Positions 59,443 to 64,000 of a DNA stretch of 64,000 bases are shown here, piece by piece (the first letter of the stretch is position 1; each line of letters begins with the position of its first letter). A program made the translations under genes and the position numbers. The stretch spans positions 3,602 to 67,601 of the forward strand of contig JAMFSY010000017.1 in assembly GCA_026225555.1 (NCBI GenBank). The letters run 5' to 3'. Source of the stretch: Candidatus Methylacidiphilales bacterium. Lineage in GTDB: Bacteria > Verrucomicrobiota > Verrucomicrobiia > Methylacidiphilales > UBA1321. The notes beneath the pieces are model-generated. The model saw nothing but the letters and a program-made list of their open reading frames with translations. It was not told the DNA's origin and made no database searches.

Positions 59443-60024
59443 CTAGAGCAATCCACGACTTTGCAAAAGCCCGGTCAGCTTTTCCATAGGCAAGCCGATG
59501 ATGTTCGTCCGCGAACCCTCGACGGAGGCTACGATCCACTCGCCCCGCTCCTGCAAGGCGTAGCCACCCGCCTTGTCGAGGACATGCACTTCGGCGAGGT
59601 AGCGCGCGATGATCTCCTCCGTCAAGGAGAAGAAAATCACCGAGGAAATTTCGTGAAAAGAGTCCTCCTTCCCGGCGGGACTTTTCAGCACGCAACCGGT
59701 GATGACTTGATGCGTGCGCCCGCTAAGAACGCGAAGAAATTCCCGGGCCTCGATAAGCGAAGTCGGTTTGCCGAAGACGCGCCCATCGAGAGTCACCACC
59801 GTATCGGCACCCAACACCCAGCGATCCGGATGCAAGGCCGCGACGGCGGCGGCCTTGCGCCGGGCGTTCTCGAGTGCCAGTTCGGCGGGCGCAAGCTTCG
59901 GCGCGGAAAGGCAATCGAGTTCCTCGACATCGGCGGTGACGACGACAAAGGGAAAACCGAGTTCACCGAGCAACTCCCGCCGCCGCGGCGAACCGCTGGC
60001 GAGAATGAGCGATGAGGAGGACAT
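59443..60024 (-). CDS. maf: Maf-family nucleoside triphosphate pyrophosphatase
   Basis: LILASGSPRRRELL, GADTVV, FGKP, LSGRTHQV.TG, DKAGGY, NIIGLP. Confidence 0.93.
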   Translation of the reverse strand: MSSSSLILASGSPRRRELLGELGFPFVVVTADVEELDCLSAPKLAPAELALENARRKAAAVAALHPDRWVLGADTVVTLDGRVFGKPTSLIEAREFLRVLSGRTHQVITGCVLKSPAGKEDSFHEISSVIFFSLTEEIIARYLAEVHVLDKAGGYALQERGEWIVASVEGSRTNIIGLPMEKLTGLLQSRGLL

Positions 60025-60139
60025 GCAGATGATTATCGAGACTTGCCCTCCATCTGTCAGCTTCGAGTTTTTTGGATCTCCAATCGACGGAGAATTTTCG
60101 CACGCGCCGACAAGAGTTTATGCTACGATCTTTCGATCT

Positions 60140-60808
60140 ATGCCTTCCGCCCGCCGAGAATCCCTTCGCTTTTTGATTCCGCTCTATCTGGTGGAGGCGC
60201 TTCTTTTTATCGTCCTTTGGTTCGTCTCCGGCTGGCTTTGGCTGGTGGTCATTTTCTTGTTCGTGATCATCGGCTTGCTGGGTCTTTTCATCACCTATTT
60301 CTTCCGTGATCCCGTCCGTGAAGTTCCCGCCGATCCCGACATCATCGTCTCCGCCGCCGATGGCCTCGTCGTCACCGTTGAGGAAGTGGAGGAGCCCGAT
60401 TTTCATCTTGGGCCGATGCGCCGCGTTGCAGTCTTCCTTTCCGTCTTCGACGTTCACGTCAATCGCATCCCCTTCGATGGCGTGGTGAAGAGCACCATCT
60501 ATAAAGCGGGCAAGTTTCTTGACGTCCGCCACGTCGATGCCAGCACACGCAACGAATGTCGCTCTTGGTGGATCGAGACACCGCGCGGCCCGATTGCCGT
60601 CCGGCAGATCGCCGGTCTGATTGCCCGGCGCATCGTGGCTTGGGCGGAAGACGGCTCCCAACTGGTTCGGGGACGTCACCTGGGCCTGATCCGATTCGGC
60701 TCCCGCACGGAAGTCTTTGTCCCCATCGAATGCACCGTGCTGGTCAAACCCGGCGACCGCGTTTGCGGAGCAAGCACCCCCATCGCCCGCTGGCCCGCCC
60801 AGCCATGA
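60140..60808 (+). CDS. psd: Phosphatidylserine decarboxylase proenzyme (short type)
   Basis: Start MPSARRES at 60140; FFRDP, SAADG, FLSVFDVHVNR, IAGLIARRI, IRFGSRT cleavage motif. Confidence 0.93.
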   Translation: MPSARRESLRFLIPLYLVEALLFIVLWFVSGWLWLVVIFLFVIIGLLGLFITYFFRDPVREVPADPDIIVSAADGLVVTVEEVEEPDFHLGPMRRVAVFLSVFDVHVNRIPFDGVVKSTIYKAGKFLDVRHVDASTRNECRSWWIETPRGPIAVRQIAGLIARRIVAWAEDGSQLVRGRHLGLIRFGSRTEVFVPIECTVLVKPGDRVCGASTPIARWPAQP

Positions 60809-60829
60809 TGCGCTAATCTTTTTTTCCCC

Positions 60830-61672
60830 ATGAGCGAACCCGTCAAAGTCAACGATCCCGGAAAGATCTTTCTCCTGCCGAACCTGATGACGGCGGGGAA
60901 TCTGATCTTCGGCTTCCTGGCGGTGTTGAAAATCTTCGAGGGCTCCATCGATCACGCCACGGGCGGCGCGGACTGGATGCACCCCTATGTGACCAGTCTC
61001 CAGTGCATCCTGGCGGCCTGCCTCTTCGATCTGCTCGACGGACGGTTGGCGCGGATGGGCGGGAAGGAAAGCGCCTTTGGCCGGGAATTCGATTCGCTCG
61101 CCGATGTCGTCAGCTTCGGCGTGGCCCCGGCGTTGCTCGCTTTCAAGATCGTTCTCTACGCGCTGCCCGACCGGATCGGCTGGCTGGTCGCGGTCGTTTA
61201 CCTGCTTTGCGGCGCGTTGCGGCTCGCGCGATTCAACATCGCGTCGACCTATAATCTCGGCACGGGCACGCGTAATTTCACCGGCTTTCCCATTCCCGCC
61301 GCCGCCGGGCTCATCTCCTCCATCACACTACTGGTTCTTTCCCAATATCAACATGAGCAGGACCTCATCTTCGGTTACGCGAAATACGCGCTCGTCGTCC
61401 TGATGCTCTTTCTCTCGTTCATGATGTTCAGCAAGTTTGAGTATCCGAGTTTCAAGGGCTTCAATTGGCGTACCCAATTCTCGTTGCCGAAGTTCGTGGG
61501 CGCCGTGGTCCTGCTCGGCCTGAACATCATCTATTTCCAGTGGATGCCGGCGGTGATGTTTGTCTCCTACCTGCTCTACGGTTTCCTGCGTCCCTTCCTT
61601 TCCCGCGCCTGGCGGCGTGAGATCGAGGAGGAGGAAGAGGATGAAACTTCGGAAGCCTCCCGCCTGCCGTAA
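60830..61672 (+). CDS. pssA: CDP-diacylglycerol--serine O-phosphatidyltransferase
   Basis: LPNLMT, DLLDGRLAR, FGREFDSLADVVSFGVAPA, RLARFN, FTGFPIPAAA. Confidence 0.93.
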   Translation: MSEPVKVNDPGKIFLLPNLMTAGNLIFGFLAVLKIFEGSIDHATGGADWMHPYVTSLQCILAACLFDLLDGRLARMGGKESAFGREFDSLADVVSFGVAPALLAFKIVLYALPDRIGWLVAVVYLLCGALRLARFNIASTYNLGTGTRNFTGFPIPAAAGLISSITLLVLSQYQHEQDLIFGYAKYALVVLMLFLSFMMFSKFEYPSFKGFNWRTQFSLPKFVGAVVLLGLNIIYFQWMPAVMFVSYLLYGFLRPFLSRAWRREIEEEEEDETSEASRLP

Positions 61673-61674
61673 GG

Positions 61675-62655
61675 TCAGACGGCGACCGGCGCTGCTTCCA
61701 AAAAGGGAAGAAGCAGACTCCGCACTTTTTGCGGCTCGATCAGGCTCATGCATTCCACCGGCGTGTCGCGCCAGCAGGTGCGCTTGAGACAGGGGGAGCA
61801 GAACAGGCCGCGCGTGTGAATCAGGACATGCGCGCCGGAAGGTTTCGTCTTGCGCCAATCGGTCGCGCCGAAAAGGACGAGCGTCGGACGCCCGAGCGCC
61901 CCGGCGATATGCGCCGGACCCGAGTCGGTGCTGAGCACGGCGGTCGCGCGATCAAGCACCGTGAGGAGCGAGCTGATGCTCAGTTGTCCGCGCAGATCAA
62001 TCAGCCGCCCCGCCGCCTCCAGCGGAAACCAGGGCCCCTCCCCCACGACGACAAACCGTTGTTCGGGCATGGCATCGACCAGCTCCTGAAAATAGCGCCA
62101 CGGCCAGAGTTTCGTCCGCCAGCGCGAGTAGGGATGCAGCGCGATGTAGGGGCCGAAGTTGGCCAGCGCCTCCGGCAAGGGCGCGCGGGCCTTCAATTGG
62201 AAATCGAGCGGCTGCACGGGGATGCCCAGGTACTCGAGGCAGGTGAGGTAACGTTCCGCCGCCGAGATGGCGGTATCGGCGACGATTTCCGTGTAGGCCG
62301 AGCTCGAGCCTTCGCGGGCCGATTGCAGGCCGATGCGGCGCGGGCTGCCAGCCGCCCAAGTCATGAGGCCGGTCCGCATCAAACCTTGGAGATCGAGCGT
62401 GATGTCGTAGCGTTCCTCGCGCAAGGCGCGGCCCCAGCGCCACATCTCCGGCAGGCGCGCGGGCGAATTCCAACGGCGACGCGGATAGAGCACCGTCTTG
62501 TTTAGGCAGGGATGACCGTCGAGAATTTCCCGCAGAGAATCGTTCACCACCCAGTCGATCTTCGCCGCAGGCCAGCGCCGTCGCATGCCGGTGAGCACCG
62601 GCAGAGCCTGGACGATATCGCCCAGGGCGCTCGGCTTGATGATGAGAATTTTCAC
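61675..62655 (-). CDS. Glycosyltransferase family 9 (LPS heptosyltransferase-like)
   Basis: IIKPSALGDIV, DLQG, KLWPW, DSGPAHIAGALGRPTLVLFG. Confidence 0.92.
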   Translation of the reverse strand: MKILIIKPSALGDIVQALPVLTGMRRRWPAAKIDWVVNDSLREILDGHPCLNKTVLYPRRRWNSPARLPEMWRWGRALREERYDITLDLQGLMRTGLMTWAAGSPRRIGLQSAREGSSSAYTEIVADTAISAAERYLTCLEYLGIPVQPLDFQLKARAPLPEALANFGPYIALHPYSRWRTKLWPWRYFQELVDAMPEQRFVVVGEGPWFPLEAAGRLIDLRGQLSISSLLTVLDRATAVLSTDSGPAHIAGALGRPTLVLFGATDWRKTKPSGAHVLIHTRGLFCSPCLKRTCWRDTPVECMSLIEPQKVRSLLLPFLEAAPVAV

Positions 62656-62685
62656 GGCGATCTAAAAAAGGGAGAAAGGCTGAGA

Positions 62686-63162
62686 CTAGAGACAGGGCTG
62701 CTCTTCCAGCAACTCCCGCGTGCGGCGATGACGCCAGGCAAACATGAAATGGAGCTGGCCATAAATCAGGGGCAGCAAGAGCCAGCCGAGAGGACCGAAG
62801 GGAGGCAGGAACGTGACGCGATCGGTCAGCCGCGCGCCCTCGCCTTCCTGCACAAAAAGATGTTCCTGGGCGAAGGCGGGGAACGGCCCTTCCAATAGGG
62901 TATCGATGAGGTAACCGCGCAGGGGAGTTCCCTGCGGCGGGCTGACTTCGGCCCACTGGACGAGCCACTTTTGCCGCACGAGACCAAGCACGCGAACGGT
63001 CAGTCGGATCTCCGAGCCAGCTTCGATTGTCGCGGGCATTTCCACTTTTTCGACCGCAAAGCCGGGAGGTTGCACGAGCCGGACATTGTTCGTATCGAGA
63101 TGAAAATCGTAGAGCGCCTGGACCGATGCGCGAATCACCGTCGATCGGATGAAGGTCGGCAC
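62686..63162 (-). CDS. SRPBCC-family protein
   Basis: LYDFH, GPF..FAQEHLF, LTDRVTF.PPFG.LG, MFAWRH; GTG start overlaps the bioB stop. Confidence 0.85.
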   Translation of the reverse strand: MPTFIRSTVIRASVQALYDFHLDTNNVRLVQPPGFAVEKVEMPATIEAGSEIRLTVRVLGLVRQKWLVQWAEVSPPQGTPLRGYLIDTLLEGPFPAFAQEHLFVQEGEGARLTDRVTFLPPFGPLGWLLLPLIYGQLHFMFAWRHRRTRELLEEQPCL

Positions 63163-64000
63163 TACGCGGGCACGAGCGGTTCCGGTTTCGTGATGCCGAG
63201 ACCGAGTTCATGCAGGAGCGCGTGATCGGCATCGATGCCGGGATTCGCGGCGGTCAGCAGCTTGTCACCGTAAAAAATTGAGTTGGCGCCGGCGAAGAAG
63301 CAGAGCGCCTGCCCCTCGCGCGAAAGTCGCGTACGGCCGGCGGAAAGGCGGACGCGCGCCTTGGGCAAAGCGATGCGGGTCGTGGCAATCAGGCGCACGA
63401 GCTGGAAGATATCGACCGGCGGCTGGCCATCCAGCGGCGTGCCTTCCATCGGCATGAGGCAGTTGATCGGCACGCTTTCCGGCGCGGGATCGAAACCACA
63501 AAGCACTTCCAGCAACTTGAGCCGGTCGGTCTCCGTTTCGCCCATGCCGATGATGCCGCCGCAACAGACCGACATGCCCGCGGCCTGGACGGAGCGAATC
63601 GTATCCAATCGGTCGTCGAAAGTGTGGGTCGTGACGATCTGCGGATAATATTCCGGGCTGGTATCGAGATTATGATTATAGGCGGTGACGCCCGCGGCGC
63701 GAAGCTGGCGCGCGGCCTCCGGCGTCAGCATGCCAAGTGTGACGCAGACCTCCATACCCAGCTTGCTCACGGCGCGCACGGTCTCCAGCACCGACTTGAA
63801 TTTGGCGTCATGCTCCGTCACGCCGCGCCAGGCCGCGCCCATGCAAAAGCGAGTGCTGCCATTGGCCCGCGCACGCTCGGCGGTTTCCAGGATGCGGGGC
63901 AAGGGAAGAAGCGTTTCTTTCTCCAGACCGGTGTCGTAATGCGCACTCTGGGAACAGTAGGAACAGTCCTCGCTGCACCCGCCCGTCTTGATGCTGAGAA
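63162..64000 (-). CDS. bioB: Biotin synthase (5' end beyond the window)
   Basis: LSIKTGGCSEDCSYCSQSAHY (radical SAM CxxxCxxC), FCMGAAW, YNHNLDTS, CCGGIIGMGE, VRLSAGR, ANSIFYGDKLLT. Confidence 0.96.
   Translation of the reverse strand, partial: LSIKTGGCSEDCSYCSQSAHYDTGLEKETLLPLPRILETAERARANGSTRFCMGAAWRGVTEHDAKFKSVLETVRAVSKLGMEVCVTLGMLTPEAARQLRAAGVTAYNHNLDTSPEYYPQIVTTHTFDDRLDTIRSVQAAGMSVCCGGIIGMGETETDRLKLLEVLCGFDPAPESVPINCLMPMEGTPLDGQPPVDIFQLVRLIATTRIALPKARVRLSAGRTRLSREGQALCFFAGANSIFYGDKLLTAANPGIDADHALLHELGLGITKPEPLVPA

Noticed and set aside
59714-60139. N-terminal extension of psd
   Set aside because: It overlaps maf on the opposite strand; the real start is ATG 60140.

Overview
GC-rich bacterial chromosome segment, most likely from Verrucomicrobiota/PVC. 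This is inferred from a PEP-CTERM protein, folP-cdaA linkage, an str operon without tuf and an spc region without rpmD/adk. Left to right: tRNA-Thr(CGT); a truncated aldo/keto reductase; a CHASE3 hybrid kinase-CheR-CheB-kinase-REC signalling cluster and a convergent hybrid kinase; a copper locus (DUF2946-like ORF, outer-membrane protein, copC, copD); efflux and phosphate transporters; folP-cdaA; trxB; a PEP-CTERM gene; a dUTPase; an FTR1 iron permease; the str-S10-spc-alpha ribosomal superoperon (27.1-48.2 kb, minus strand); a UvrD helicase; mnmA; nth; a large TPR protein; lipid genes; and a partial bioB. No CRISPR array, integrase, transposase or prophage was seen. The most striking observation is a small gene missed by the ORF track (25292-25533, minus). 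It has its own promoter and Shine-Dalgarno, and its SEC-C zinc finger can only be completed by two successive +1 frame changes, both at UUU_C. Other leads are a CruR/CutF-like copper leader ORF, zinc-free S14 and L36, a SecY with two extra C-terminal helices, a degenerate IF-1, a mini-CdaR, and foreign genes inside the ribosomal operons.
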